DNA of 64,000 bases from Candidatus Kapaibacterium sp. GTDB taxonomy: Bacteria; Bacteroidota; Ignavibacteria; Kapaibacteriales; UBA2268. The stretch lies in the NCBI GenBank assembly GCA_963664875.1, contig OY761611.1, forward strand, positions 3,648,001 to 3,712,000, written 5' to 3'. The notes under the pieces are model-generated. The model was not told the DNA's origin, made no database searches, and worked only from the letters and a program-made list of their open reading frames with translations. Made by a program: the position numbers and the translations under genes. Positions 10,607 through 20,563 of this stretch are shown one piece after another. Every line of letters begins with the position of its first letter. The stretch's first letter is position 1.

Positions 10607-10730
10607 AGTAATATATACTTGCATAAGTAAATTATATATATTATTTTGAATTAGTAACATTATTTGTCAAAATCAAAAAGATATTTACTAAAAAGAGTAA
10701 TATTTACCTACTATATAAGTAAATATTACT
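10607..10730. promoter_or_regulatory. Three near-palindromic operators (consensus AGTAATATTTACT) in the divergent intergenic region
   Basis: agtaatatatact 10607-10619, agtaatatttacc 10696-10708, agtaaatattact 10718-10730, plus half-sites. Confidence 0.6.
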
Positions 10731-10748
10731 TGTTGTGCAAGAAAAAAA

Positions 10749-11138
10749 ATGGATGCTCTAAAAAAAAATATCGGAAGACGGCTAAAAGAAATCAGATTGT
10801 TTGTATTCGACGGCATGACTATCAATGTTTTTGCCGAAATGCTCAGCGAGAAGCCTGCAAATATATCTAATTATGAGCAAGGCAAAGCAAATATACCGAA
10901 TAGAGTGCTTGTGGAGTTATATCACAAAGGCATAAATCCCATATACATCCTGACAGGTGAGGGGGCAAAAAAAAGAGAGAATTTTACAGAAGCTAATAGC
11001 GGCGAAGCAACTTTAAACCGCTCAAAACTCGAATACCTTATTGAAAAAGCCGATGAAATGACTGCAGCCGCCGGGGACATTAAGAAGTATGTTTTAGAAC
11101 AACAATCGAAATCTGATGCCGATACAAACAACAAATGA
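10749..11138 (+). CDS. XRE/CI-like HTH repressor with C-terminal TAAAG motif
   Basis: IGRRLKEIR...FAEML....ISNYEQGK..IP and INPIYILTGEG are typical of CI N-terminal domains. Confidence 0.85.
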   Translation: MDALKKNIGRRLKEIRLFVFDGMTINVFAEMLSEKPANISNYEQGKANIPNRVLVELYHKGINPIYILTGEGAKKRENFTEANSGEATLNRSKLEYLIEKADEMTAAAGDIKKYVLEQQSKSDADTNNK

Positions 11139-11718
11139 TTTGAGCTCTTTAAGCGATTACAGTTTATATGGATTAGTCAAAAAATATGTAACGCATGAAC
11201 TGCTTGGCTTTACTCACTCTGCTGCGAAGTTAGACAGATGCATCGCTGAATGCAAAAAGAGAAGAAAGGGTATCTTTATGCGTGCAAGCGAAGATGCCTA
11301 CCTCGAATTTCTTGCAAAATCAGATAAGCAAAGCGAAATATTTAAGACTATCTCTTTTGCTTATGCCTCAAAAGAAGACATTCTAAATATTGCTCCCGAA
11401 ATATCCAATCTACTGCCAGATGAAGCGGATTTTTCGAAATATGATATATATAAAGTATCCGGTGATTCAATGATAAACGCCGGAATTGCCGACGGAGAGC
11501 ACATATTAGCTGAAAGAATCAACGAAGTCAAAGACGGCGACATTGTTGTAGTCAGATACATGGAAAGGATATTTATTAAAAGATACAAACTAATAGAAGG
11601 CACTATTACTCTTCATTCGGAAAATCCTAAATTCCCTCCATTCAAAGTATATAACACAGAAAATTTACAAATACTCGGCAAAGTAAAATTCAAAATCAGC
11701 GTTGTGAGTGCAGAATAG
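11116..11718 (+). CDS. Stand-alone S24 (LexA/UmuD-type) serine peptidase with an uncharacterised helical N-terminal domain
   Basis: VSGDSMINAGIADG (Ser118), IKR (Lys155) and LHSENPKF motifs. No HTH and no upstream Ala-Gly. Confidence 0.85.
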   Translation: MPIQTTNDLSSLSDYSLYGLVKKYVTHELLGFTHSAAKLDRCIAECKKRRKGIFMRASEDAYLEFLAKSDKQSEIFKTISFAYASKEDILNIAPEISNLLPDEADFSKYDIYKVSGDSMINAGIADGEHILAERINEVKDGDIVVVRYMERIFIKRYKLIEGTITLHSENPKFPPFKVYNTENLQILGKVKFKISVVSAE

Positions 11719-11837
11719 TTGTTTTGATACATTCCCCTTTACTACAATTCTATCTTTTCAAATCCGTAAACGAACTCTCGAAGATATTTGTTATTTTTGT
11801 AATCTTGATATTTTTTCCTAAGTACTTGGATTATATA

Positions 11838-13163
11838 ATGCAAAAAAGAAAAGTATATATAGAAACTTATGGCTGTCAGATGAATTTCAGTGATTCTGAA
11901 ATTGTTGCAGGGATTTTGAATGCAACCGAAAAATATACTATGATAGCCGAACCTGACTCTGCTGACATTATTTTCCTTAATACCTGTTCTGTCAGAGATA
12001 ACGCTGAGCAAACTATTTTCAAAAGGCTAGAGCATCTAAAACATTACAAAAAGAAAAAAGGCAAGCTCGTGGTGGGTATTTTGGGTTGCATGGCTGAAAG
12101 ACTTCGGGATAAACTAATTGGTCACAACAACCTTGTCTCCATAGTTGTCGGTCCTGATGAATATAGGAAAGTGCCGGCTCTGTTAGATCAGGCTTATCAG
12201 GGAGAAGCCGGGATAGCTGTCAAATTAAGCAGAGTAGAAACTTACGAAGACATTTTACCGCTCAGAGTTGAGGGTATCTCAGCCTGGATTTCTATCATGA
12301 GGGGCTGTGATAATTTTTGCTCTTATTGCGTTGTGCCTTATACTCGAGGCAGAGAGCGTTCGCGACCTGCAAGTTCTTTACTGGCAGAAATAAAAGACCT
12401 CGCCAATGGCGGAATTAAAGAAATTACTCTTTTAGGACAAAATGTAAATAGCTATAACGATAAGGAAGGCAATCTTGATTTTCCGGATTTGCTTGCTGCT
12501 ATAGCTGAAGCAGTGCCGTCTGTAAGAATAAGATATACAACGTCGCACCCTAAGGATATGAGCGACAAGCTAATTGAAGTGATGGCAGCTCATAAAAATA
12601 TATGTAATTATATACATTTGCCTGTGCAATCAGGTTCTGATAAAGTGCTTAAGGAAATGCTTAGAGAATACACAGTTGAGCACTATTTAGACCGCATCAG
12701 AAAATGCCGCGAACTAATACCCAATGTATCGTTTTCAACTGACATAATTGCCGGTTTTCCCGGAGAAACAGTGGAAGAACATGAAATGACTCTTGAGCTT
12801 ATGCGAAATGTTCGTTACGACGGGGCTTATATGTTCAAATACTCTCCAAGAGAAAATACAAAAGCGTATAAAATGGAAGATGATGTGCCGGAAGATGAAA
12901 AAATCAGAAGGTTGAACGAAATAATTGAGCTTCAGCATGAGATTGCCCGTGAATTGAATAATGAAGAGATCGGACGCATTCATGAGGTGCTTGTAGAGGG
13001 GCCAAGTAAAAAAAATGAAGATGAATGGATGGGGAGAAGCGACACAAACAAAGTAGTTATTTTCCCGAATGCGGACAGGAAGTATAGAATTGGTGATATT
13101 GTTAATGTAAAGATTACTGATTCTACTTCTGCTACTCTAAGAGGAGAAAGACTTGAGCCTTAG
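11838..13163 (+). CDS. miaB: tRNA-2-methylthio-N6-dimethylallyladenosine synthase
   Basis: TYGCQMN, NTCSVR, radical-SAM CDNFCSYC and a C-terminal TRAM domain. ATG at 11838. Confidence 0.95.
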   Translation: MQKRKVYIETYGCQMNFSDSEIVAGILNATEKYTMIAEPDSADIIFLNTCSVRDNAEQTIFKRLEHLKHYKKKKGKLVVGILGCMAERLRDKLIGHNNLVSIVVGPDEYRKVPALLDQAYQGEAGIAVKLSRVETYEDILPLRVEGISAWISIMRGCDNFCSYCVVPYTRGRERSRPASSLLAEIKDLANGGIKEITLLGQNVNSYNDKEGNLDFPDLLAAIAEAVPSVRIRYTTSHPKDMSDKLIEVMAAHKNICNYIHLPVQSGSDKVLKEMLREYTVEHYLDRIRKCRELIPNVSFSTDIIAGFPGETVEEHEMTLELMRNVRYDGAYMFKYSPRENTKAYKMEDDVPEDEKIRRLNEIIELQHEIARELNNEEIGRIHEVLVEGPSKKNEDEWMGRSDTNKVVIFPNADRKYRIGDIVNVKITDSTSATLRGERLEP

Positions 13164-13202
13164 CATGTGGTCTTATTAAAAAATCTATGTTATCTGATAT
13201 GT

Positions 13203-13228
13203 AAAAAGGGGTTTCGCAACCCCTTTTT
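13203..13228. terminator. Bidirectional terminator between miaB and mlaE
   Basis: aaaaaggggtt-tcgc-aaccccttttt perfect stem. Confidence 0.85.
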
Positions 13229-13255
13229 GTATAAAATCTTACAATTATTCTTTCT

Positions 13256-14035
13256 CTAAAGTACGTAACCAAAAATTGCATCTAAAATCAAAATTGAAGC
13301 TGCAGTCAGAGTAAATGCACGAACAGTACTATTACCAACTCCTTCGGCACCACCGGTAGTAGAAAATCCGACATGAACACCTATCAAAGCAGTTACACCT
13401 CCGAAAACGAAAGATTTCAACAGACCGATACCAATTTCGCTAAGTGTAAAAAATCGAACGACAGATTCGAAGAAAACCTCAGCTGTAAAATCGAACTTAA
13501 TCATTGTAAGCAGGTATCCGCCCAGCAGCGCTACAACATTGGAAAATACTGCAAGGACAGGCATCATAATCAATGTTGCTATTGCTCGTGGCATTGCTAA
13601 ATATCTATTTTTGTCTATCGCCATCATTTCCAAGGCATCTATCTGCTCGGTAACGTTCATAGTGCCAAGCTGTGCCGCCATAGAACCGCCTACTCTGCCT
13701 GCAATCACGAGTGCAGTAAGTACAGGGGTAAGTTCAGTAAATACAACCGTTGCGATAGAAGAGCCCAAAAACGGCTTTGCAATTCCAACCATATTGAATT
13801 TAGAAAACAGATTTGTTGCTTGCAGTGCTGCTATTGCACCAGTGAATGAACCAATTAAAATCACCAGCGGTAGGGAGTCCGAACCAACGATACCCATCTG
13901 AGATAAGACAAGTTTTCTGTCTTTGATTGCATTGGGGAAATAGCGTGCAACTCTCACAGATAGAATCGTAAGCTGACCAAACTCAGCAAAAAAATTGAGA
14001 ACCTTTCTTCCTAAACGTGCTATAAGATTAAGCAT
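13256..14035 (-). CDS. mlaE: MlaE-family ABC permease
   Basis: ELTPVLTALVIAGRVGGSMAAQLGTMNVTEQIDALEMM and GGAEGVG motifs. Confidence 0.9.
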   Translation of the reverse strand: MLNLIARLGRKVLNFFAEFGQLTILSVRVARYFPNAIKDRKLVLSQMGIVGSDSLPLVILIGSFTGAIAALQATNLFSKFNMVGIAKPFLGSSIATVVFTELTPVLTALVIAGRVGGSMAAQLGTMNVTEQIDALEMMAIDKNRYLAMPRAIATLIMMPVLAVFSNVVALLGGYLLTMIKFDFTAEVFFESVVRFFTLSEIGIGLLKSFVFGGVTALIGVHVGFSTTGGAEGVGNSTVRAFTLTAASILILDAIFGYVL

Positions 14036-14225
14036 CCTGAATATCCTAATTTCCTGAATGTACAAATTTAATACATTATTGCTTGAGACAAAGATAATTA
14101 CGAATAAAATGGTCAAAAGTGCAAGAAAATCTCAAACAAATCACGATTTGAAGAATAATTTATCCAAGCTAAAATCTAAAAGACAGAAAATAAATATAAT
14201 ATGATATATGTTTGTTTGATGATGA

Positions 14226-14600
14226 TATTTATTCGAGATCCCTAATACAAACTTGCGTTTGTGGCAAAAGGAGCTAACTGTTTGTCTATTTTTTTTCTTT
14301 CTAAATATTATTTAGTCGATAACATATATATAATATCACTGTAAATAGTCCGTGAATTGACTATATATATTGCATCAGCACTCCATAATATAGAAATATG
14401 TTTTTCAGCAATTCCTTAATTGGATGTGCATCTTACGCTTAAAAACTAGATGAGGAAAGGAGACAAAGCGTTCTTTTTTCTTTTTTATCGAAAAAAAAAG
14501 AAAAAGAAATGGAAAAAGTAACACCAATCTCTTATTTATATCACTTGTAAAGGAAAGTCTTGCTGCCCTTACAGGGCTCTGTTTACTCAATATTTGCTAC
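14226..14600. repeat. ~375-bp non-coding dispersed repeat, copy 1 (inverted relative to 22029-22446)
   Basis: Co-linear high similarity to the reverse complement of 22029-22446 along its whole length. Confidence 0.9.
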
Positions 14601-14603
14601 AGT

Positions 14604-14655
14604 GAGGCTGTCAGTTATGAGACAGCCTCTGGCTCGCTGGAAGCGAGACGGGGTG
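14604..14655. repeat. Collapsed MITE ends followed by a REP tail
   Basis: gaggctgtc-agttat-gagacagcctc (same ends as the 3871 and 40889 elements), then ggctcgctggaagcgagacggggtg. Confidence 0.65.
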
Positions 14656-14722
14656 TAAAAAAAACTATAGTCTTGTGTTTATAATCTATTATTTTTTTAA
14701 CTTTCAAATGATATTTCTGGGT

Positions 14723-15925
14723 TTATTCAAATTCCATCAAAAACTTGCGAACATGAAGATGCTCTATACCTTTATAATTGCCATCTGCAAATGGATCCAT
14801 TGATATTAGAATTTTTCTATAGTTGTCCTCTATCTCAAGTAGATTTCCGAACTCTCTTTGCCTTGTGGATTCGTCTGATAGCATATAAGCGACTTGTATA
14901 TAGATAGTGTTATCACCTTTCTTTGCAACAAAATCTATTTCTTTATCACCAAGTTTACCTACATAAACATCATACTGCATAACTTTCAGATGATGATACG
15001 CCAAATTCTCCAAAACTTTAGATATATCATTTATCTGATAGGGCACTATTGAGTGGCGCAACCCCAAATCTTCTAAATAGAACTTTTCACCTATTTCGAA
15101 TATCTTTTTGCCTGCAACTTCGCTTCTTTTTACTCTATCTGTAAAGAAAACACTTTCCAAGTGCGACAGATATTCAATAATAGTTTTTGACTGAATATTC
15201 AAATTTTGTGATTTGAGATACTTACTGATATTTTGTGCTGAAAAAATACTCCCCAAATTATCGCAAAGGAAATGTATCAGATTATCCAGCAAACTAACAT
15301 TTCTAATTTTATATCTTTCTACCACATCACGCAAAACAATGGAGTTGTATATATTTTTTAAGTATTCGTAGTAAACAGCTTCCTCTTTCTTTAGATTGAT
15401 AAGGTGCGGCATCCCTCCATACTTTATATATTCCAATAAACTTGCATCACTATCTTCAAGCTTATGAAAATCTAAAAACTCTCTGTAAGAAAGAGAAAAT
15501 ATACGAATTTGAATATATCTTCCGGCAAGAAGCGTAGCTATCTCACCCGAAAGCAGCTTGGCATTACTACCCGTGCAATAAATATCATATCTGCCTGTTG
15601 TTGAGAAGTGCCTTAACGCCTTCTCAAATAGCTCTATATCCTGTACTTCATCAATAAAAAGGTAGTTATCTGATTCCAAGGACTTTGCTTCTACAAACTC
15701 AATCAGAGACTTATAATCAACAATGTTGTCGAACTCATAGCTTTCTTTATTTATATAAATAATATTAGCTTTCGGTTTAGCATTTTGTATTTCATCTATC
15801 AATTGATAAAATACATAGCTTTTCCCTACTCTACGCTGACCAATAAGTACTTTTATTAAATTAGAATCGATATAAGGTCTGATTCTCTCGATATAAATGT
15901 TTCGGGATTTGAATGGCTTGAGCAT
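14723..15925 (-). CDS. AAA_14 ATPase with DUF4143 and C-terminal nuclease-like domain
   Basis: GQRRVGKS Walker A, FIDEVQ Walker B, TGSN, GGMP and EIDFV..IYIQV motifs. Confidence 0.9.
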   Translation of the reverse strand: MLKPFKSRNIYIERIRPYIDSNLIKVLIGQRRVGKSYVFYQLIDEIQNAKPKANIIYINKESYEFDNIVDYKSLIEFVEAKSLESDNYLFIDEVQDIELFEKALRHFSTTGRYDIYCTGSNAKLLSGEIATLLAGRYIQIRIFSLSYREFLDFHKLEDSDASLLEYIKYGGMPHLINLKKEEAVYYEYLKNIYNSIVLRDVVERYKIRNVSLLDNLIHFLCDNLGSIFSAQNISKYLKSQNLNIQSKTIIEYLSHLESVFFTDRVKRSEVAGKKIFEIGEKFYLEDLGLRHSIVPYQINDISKVLENLAYHHLKVMQYDVYVGKLGDKEIDFVAKKGDNTIYIQVAYMLSDESTRQREFGNLLEIEDNYRKILISMDPFADGNYKGIEHLHVRKFLMEFE

Positions 15926-15930
15926 ACTAC

Positions 15931-16026
15931 TTTACTTATAAGTAACAGAATGCCTAAATATACAAAATATTTTACTTATAAGTAAAATATTTTAGAATTT
16001 CTGTATTTTCTTTACCTATAAGTAAA
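15931..16026. promoter_or_regulatory. Three TTACTTATAAGTAA palindromes at exact 40-bp spacing upstream of the ATPase
   Basis: Copies start at 15931, 15971 and 16011. The central one extends to a perfect 30-bp palindrome (15964-15993). Confidence 0.7.
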
Positions 16027-16032
16027 ATGTTT

Positions 16033-17811
16033 CTACTTGCATGAAATATCATCAGGAAGTGACAAAATCAAGTGGTACTTTTTGTCGTAAAGGCTTATCG
16101 TGAAAGATTCGAAGCTTATACTAAGCATATATTTATCGCCAAGCTTAGTTTCTAATTGCAGAATTATTTCTTCTTCAAGCTCTTCTAAAGCATTTATGGA
16201 GGATCCAGGCAAATCTCTTTCTAAAAGGAATTCGGAGAGTTTATGTATCGCTTTGATTACGGATTTTTCTTCCCAATTCATAGCAGCCGTAGAAAAAAGA
16301 GGTAATTTTTCAGCAGGAAACTTTTTCAAATCTTCTTCCGAAAATCCGAGTCCTGTATTGACAGGAACTGTCTCGTTCAGCTCAAATCCTGAATGAATAT
16401 AAGGTATGCCCTGATTGAGCAGCATAGTCAAAAACCAGTAAACTATATTGGCACTTTCCTGATGAGGAGTAAGATATTTAGTCCTCGGAGTATTGTGGCT
16501 TTCGGTAGTGGCAAAGTATTTTACAGGAGCGTTTTGCAATTTTAGGAGTTTTGCTAATTTGCTTTTGTCATTGAAATCAAACGGCAGATATCCTATTGCT
16601 GCTTCATAGCCCAATTCTTTAGATTTCTCGCTAAGAGAAAAACTTTCTTCTCTTAATATAAAATTTGGTTTTGCTTCTTTAGCCCTGTTTAAGATGCTTA
16701 TCAGCAAACTTTCAGGCATGGCGTGCCCCATATCTATCATGGCACCATCAATTTTATAAGCCTTGATATAATGAGGTATTACATTTTCGAGATAGCGATT
16801 AAGTTCTTTGTTTTCGTTTGCTTTAGAGACAAGGTTGTTGTCATACATACGCAAAGTATTGTATGCCATATAGTTATAATCTTTTGCATCAAACAGTTTC
16901 AGATAGCTTACATCTGACCACAAGGGCTGGGAGTCGTCAGGTGGCCAATCTGCAAAAGCCCCCGGTATAGTTACTCTCTCGCCAAATCTATCGTAAGAGT
17001 ATAATTTGTTTGTTGATTTGTCTCTTCTTACATCTCCGAGAGGCATAGAGTATTTGTTTTTATATTCCTCGTCAGGTGCCGGAAGATCATTAAAATCATT
17101 TGCATCAATTTTTTGTTTAATCAGTTCCAAAGTGTTATCATCAAATGAAGGTGGAGCAAAATTATTCTCCATTTCTTTTTCTTTTACCCAATAGAACCAC
17201 TCAGGGTGTTCGATAGCTAACTCAGAGTCAATAGAGGCAGTGCGGAAAACAAATTCACAAATGACTTTTATACCTAAAAGATGTGCAGCCTCCACAAATG
17301 CCTCGAACTGGAGCTCTACGGGCAATTCGAGTAAGTCTTCGCTTAGATTTTCATCTAAGCTGTAGTGATTGTTTATCGCATAGGGCGAGCCAAGATCGCC
17401 TTTTTTGCCGTAAGTTCCTATGGAGTTTACCGGCAGTAGATGAATAGTGTCGCATCGAAGAGATTTGATATACCGAAGCATAGCTATAGCTTTCAGGAAA
17501 GTACCTGAAGATTTGAATTTGCCCGGTATATTTTCAATATTTCCTAAATCATAATGATCGAAAGCTGTGCTGTAACGTATCATCATATTATAGGTGCAAC
17601 CTTTGATTGGTTTGTTTTTATCGCCTGCTTTGATTAGGAAAATTGAATCGTCAAAGAAATGAAAAGGATCTATTTTTACTGATGATTTTTCGTAGCTGTA
17701 AGGGTCGTACCACTGAGTAGGCACATAGATAGACTCATGCTTTATTTCTCTGTAAAGCACTCTAACTCTTTGAAGTACAATATCTAAAGCAGAAGACATA
17801 ATCTGTTGCAT
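16033..17811 (-). CDS. GH13 alpha-amylase family, maltosyltransferase-like
   Basis: KKGDLGSPYA, ADWPPDDSQPLWSDV, DGAMIDMGHA and ESHNTPR resemble Thermotoga maltosyltransferase. Confidence 0.8.
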   Translation of the reverse strand: MQQIMSSALDIVLQRVRVLYREIKHESIYVPTQWYDPYSYEKSSVKIDPFHFFDDSIFLIKAGDKNKPIKGCTYNMMIRYSTAFDHYDLGNIENIPGKFKSSGTFLKAIAMLRYIKSLRCDTIHLLPVNSIGTYGKKGDLGSPYAINNHYSLDENLSEDLLELPVELQFEAFVEAAHLLGIKVICEFVFRTASIDSELAIEHPEWFYWVKEKEMENNFAPPSFDDNTLELIKQKIDANDFNDLPAPDEEYKNKYSMPLGDVRRDKSTNKLYSYDRFGERVTIPGAFADWPPDDSQPLWSDVSYLKLFDAKDYNYMAYNTLRMYDNNLVSKANENKELNRYLENVIPHYIKAYKIDGAMIDMGHAMPESLLISILNRAKEAKPNFILREESFSLSEKSKELGYEAAIGYLPFDFNDKSKLAKLLKLQNAPVKYFATTESHNTPRTKYLTPHQESANIVYWFLTMLLNQGIPYIHSGFELNETVPVNTGLGFSEEDLKKFPAEKLPLFSTAAMNWEEKSVIKAIHKLSEFLLERDLPGSSINALEELEEEIILQLETKLGDKYMLSISFESFTISLYDKKYHLILSLPDDISCK

Positions 17812-17887
17812 TTAATGTGATACGGTAAAATAAGTTATTTTTTGTAAATTGCATAATTATTTAATACCATAATCAGAGAGAAGCAAA

Positions 17888-18631
17888 ATGATTACTTTGA
17901 ATGTGAATGTAGATCACGTTGCTACATTAAGACAAGCTCGCGGCGGTGTCGAACCGGATCCTGTAACTGCTGCTGTCAATGCTGAATTAGCCGGTGCAAG
18001 CGGTATTGTTTGCCATCTTCGTGAAGATAGAAGACACCTGCAAGATAGAGACCTTTATGCTCTTAAAGATGTCAATCAGACAAAACTTGACTTCGAAATG
18101 GCAGCTAATGAAGAGATTATCAAGATTGCTCTCGATGTACTGCCTGATTTGGTTACAATTGTTCCTGAAAAGCGTGAAGAGCTGACTACTGAAGGCGGAC
18201 TTGATGTAGTTAATAATTTTGAGCTTCTCAAAAAAACAACAGAAAGAATGCACGAAAAAGGAATCGAAGTAAGTATTTTCGTTGAACCTGATGAAAAACA
18301 AATCGAAGCCTGCCTGAAATTAGGTGCCGACATGGTGGAATTACACACAGGCACTTATGCAAATGCAAAAAAAGGTGATATGCTTCAGAAAGAATTTGAA
18401 AGATTGGCTTTTGCTGCGAATTTTGCTGCGAACGAAGGCTTGATGATTGCTGCAGGTCATGGCCTAAATTATGTGAATTCTAAGCCTATCTGCTACATTC
18501 AGGAAATCAACGAATTGAGTATCGGTCATTCTATTATGGCACGAGCTATCTTAGTTGGTATTGATCGTGCAGTAAGAGATATGCTTGATATTATAAATAA
18601 TGCAGTCCTTTTGAGAAATCTTGAATTATAA
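17888..18631 (+). CDS. pdxJ: Pyridoxine 5'-phosphate synthase
   Basis: NVDHVATLRQAR, HLREDRRH, ELHTG and AGHGL motifs. Confidence 0.97.
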   Translation: MITLNVNVDHVATLRQARGGVEPDPVTAAVNAELAGASGIVCHLREDRRHLQDRDLYALKDVNQTKLDFEMAANEEIIKIALDVLPDLVTIVPEKREELTTEGGLDVVNNFELLKKTTERMHEKGIEVSIFVEPDEKQIEACLKLGADMVELHTGTYANAKKGDMLQKEFERLAFAANFAANEGLMIAAGHGLNYVNSKPICYIQEINELSIGHSIMARAILVGIDRAVRDMLDIINNAVLLRNLEL

Positions 18632-18646
18632 TAAACCGGAATAAAT

Positions 18647-20563
18647 ATGTGCGGCATCGCTGGAATAATAAATACGGCTGGAAATACTGAAAAGCTTAAT
18701 ATCGAAATTTTGAAAAATATGACTGACGTCATTATCCATCGTGGTCCAGACTCCGAAGGACAATGGATATCTCAAGATAATAAATGCGGTTTAGGTTTTA
18801 GAAGGCTGTCTATTATTGATTTGTCAGATGCAGGCAATCAGCCCATGCACACACCTGACGGCAGATATTCCATAGTGTTTAACGGTGAAATTTATAATCA
18901 CCGGGATATTAGAAAGGAACTTGAAAAAATCGGCTACAAGTATAGTTCCGGTACTGATACCGAAACTATACTTTACGGCTATGCAGAGTGGGGCAAAGGC
19001 ATTTTAGAGAAGATGCGTGGCATGTGGGATTTCGCCATCTATGACAGCCAAGAGCAAAAACTATTCGCTTCGCGTGATAGAATCGGTATCAAACCATTTT
19101 ACTTTGCTAATTATAACGGAGTATTCGTTTTTGGCTCCGAGATTAAATCTATTTTGCAACACCCATCCATTCCGACTGAATTAAATGCTTCGGAACTGCC
19201 TAACTATCTTAATCTCGGCATGAGTAGCCAAAAGACTTCTCTATTCAAACACATTCAAAAGCTATCAGCAGGGCATTACCTCGAAATTGATAAAAACGGC
19301 GAGATAAATGTTCAAAGATACTGGTCGCCTCTCGACAAAACAGAAGAGTCATATGCTGATTGGGATCAAAAGAAAATTCAAACTCATCTTATCGACTTGC
19401 TCCGCAGTGCGATTGACGATAGAATGATGAGTGATGTGCCGTTTGGTGTTTTCCTCAGCGGTGGTATCGATTCAAGCCTTAACGTAGCCCTCATGGCAGA
19501 GCTTATGGACAGGCCTATCGACACTTACACAGTAGGATTTAAAGAGCTGGAAGAATACAACGAATTGGAATACGCTCGTGTAATATCCAAGAGATACAAA
19601 ACTAATCATCACGAAATACTTATAGATGAGCAGGACTCCATAGATGTACTCGATAAGTTAGTCTGGCACGAAGATGAGCCAAATGCTGACCCTGTATGTA
19701 TTCCGCTTTACTTCCTCTGCAAACTAACTAAAGAAAGCGGCACAACCGTAGTGCAGGTGGGAGAAGGTAGTGACGAACAGTTCGTTGGTTATAAGTGGAT
19801 GATGAGAGATCTCAATTTTTATAATACATATTATAAAGCTTTTGCTTCATTGCCGGGTTTTATGAAAAAAAGTGCTTATGGCATTGCCAAACCGATATTT
19901 GAATCACAGAATCAGTATCTTGCTCTTGACTATCTTCGCAGAGCGGTTTATGACAAGCAGTTCTATATGAGTGGTGTGTCTATTATTTCTCCTGCTCACC
20001 AGCAAAGATTATTCAACTCAAAGCATAATGACTTGAGTAATATTCCTGATGCTTATGCTGAAATGCTGCATAGCGAAGCGTTAAAGATTAAACCTGATGC
20101 TGATATTCTTCAACGTATGCTTTTTGTAGAGCAACAGCACAGATTAGCTGAAACCTTGCTGATGAGAGTTGACAAAGTTGGTATGGCTCACAGTTTAGAA
20201 GCTCGCGTTCCATTCTTGGATAACAGAATAGTTGAGTTTACAACTGCACTAACTCCGCAGCAGAAAATTCCTGAAAAGAACTTTACAAAATACATTCTGA
20301 AAAAGGCAGTAGAGGACATATTGCCTCATGAGATAATTTACCGCAAAAAACAGGGCTTCTGGGCTCCTGTTTCGGAATGGCTTAAAAACCAATGGTATGA
20401 CTTCGCAAAAGAAGAAATACTCAAGTCAGACATAACTAAAGAATATTTCGACAGTAAGTTCATCGAAAAAATGTTCGAGCTACACCGCCGGGGCAAAAAG
20501 AAATATTCTACGGAGCTATTCTCTTTGTTAAATTTATCATTATGGCATAAAAGGTTCTTTTAA
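18647..20563 (+). CDS. asnB: Asparagine synthase (glutamine-hydrolysing) family amidotransferase
   Basis: MCGIAG, HRGPD, FNGEIYN, LSGGIDSS and GEGSDE motifs. The true substrate may be a cell-surface polymer. Confidence 0.9.
   Translation: MCGIAGIINTAGNTEKLNIEILKNMTDVIIHRGPDSEGQWISQDNKCGLGFRRLSIIDLSDAGNQPMHTPDGRYSIVFNGEIYNHRDIRKELEKIGYKYSSGTDTETILYGYAEWGKGILEKMRGMWDFAIYDSQEQKLFASRDRIGIKPFYFANYNGVFVFGSEIKSILQHPSIPTELNASELPNYLNLGMSSQKTSLFKHIQKLSAGHYLEIDKNGEINVQRYWSPLDKTEESYADWDQKKIQTHLIDLLRSAIDDRMMSDVPFGVFLSGGIDSSLNVALMAELMDRPIDTYTVGFKELEEYNELEYARVISKRYKTNHHEILIDEQDSIDVLDKLVWHEDEPNADPVCIPLYFLCKLTKESGTTVVQVGEGSDEQFVGYKWMMRDLNFYNTYYKAFASLPGFMKKSAYGIAKPIFESQNQYLALDYLRRAVYDKQFYMSGVSIISPAHQQRLFNSKHNDLSNIPDAYAEMLHSEALKIKPDADILQRMLFVEQQHRLAETLLMRVDKVGMAHSLEARVPFLDNRIVEFTTALTPQQKIPEKNFTKYILKKAVEDILPHEIIYRKKQGFWAPVSEWLKNQWYDFAKEEILKSDITKEYFDSKFIEKMFELHRRGKKKYSTELFSLLNLSLWHKRFF

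Noticed and set aside
10309-11718. Intact Mu-like prophage
   Set aside because: Only three regulatory genes, flanked directly by fbp and miaB; no transposase, structural or lysis genes.
15931-16026. Mini-CRISPR reading of the 40-bp periodic palindromes
   Set aside because: Repeats are only ~16 bp, there are three copies, spacers are AT-rich and no cas genes are present. An operator array fits better.
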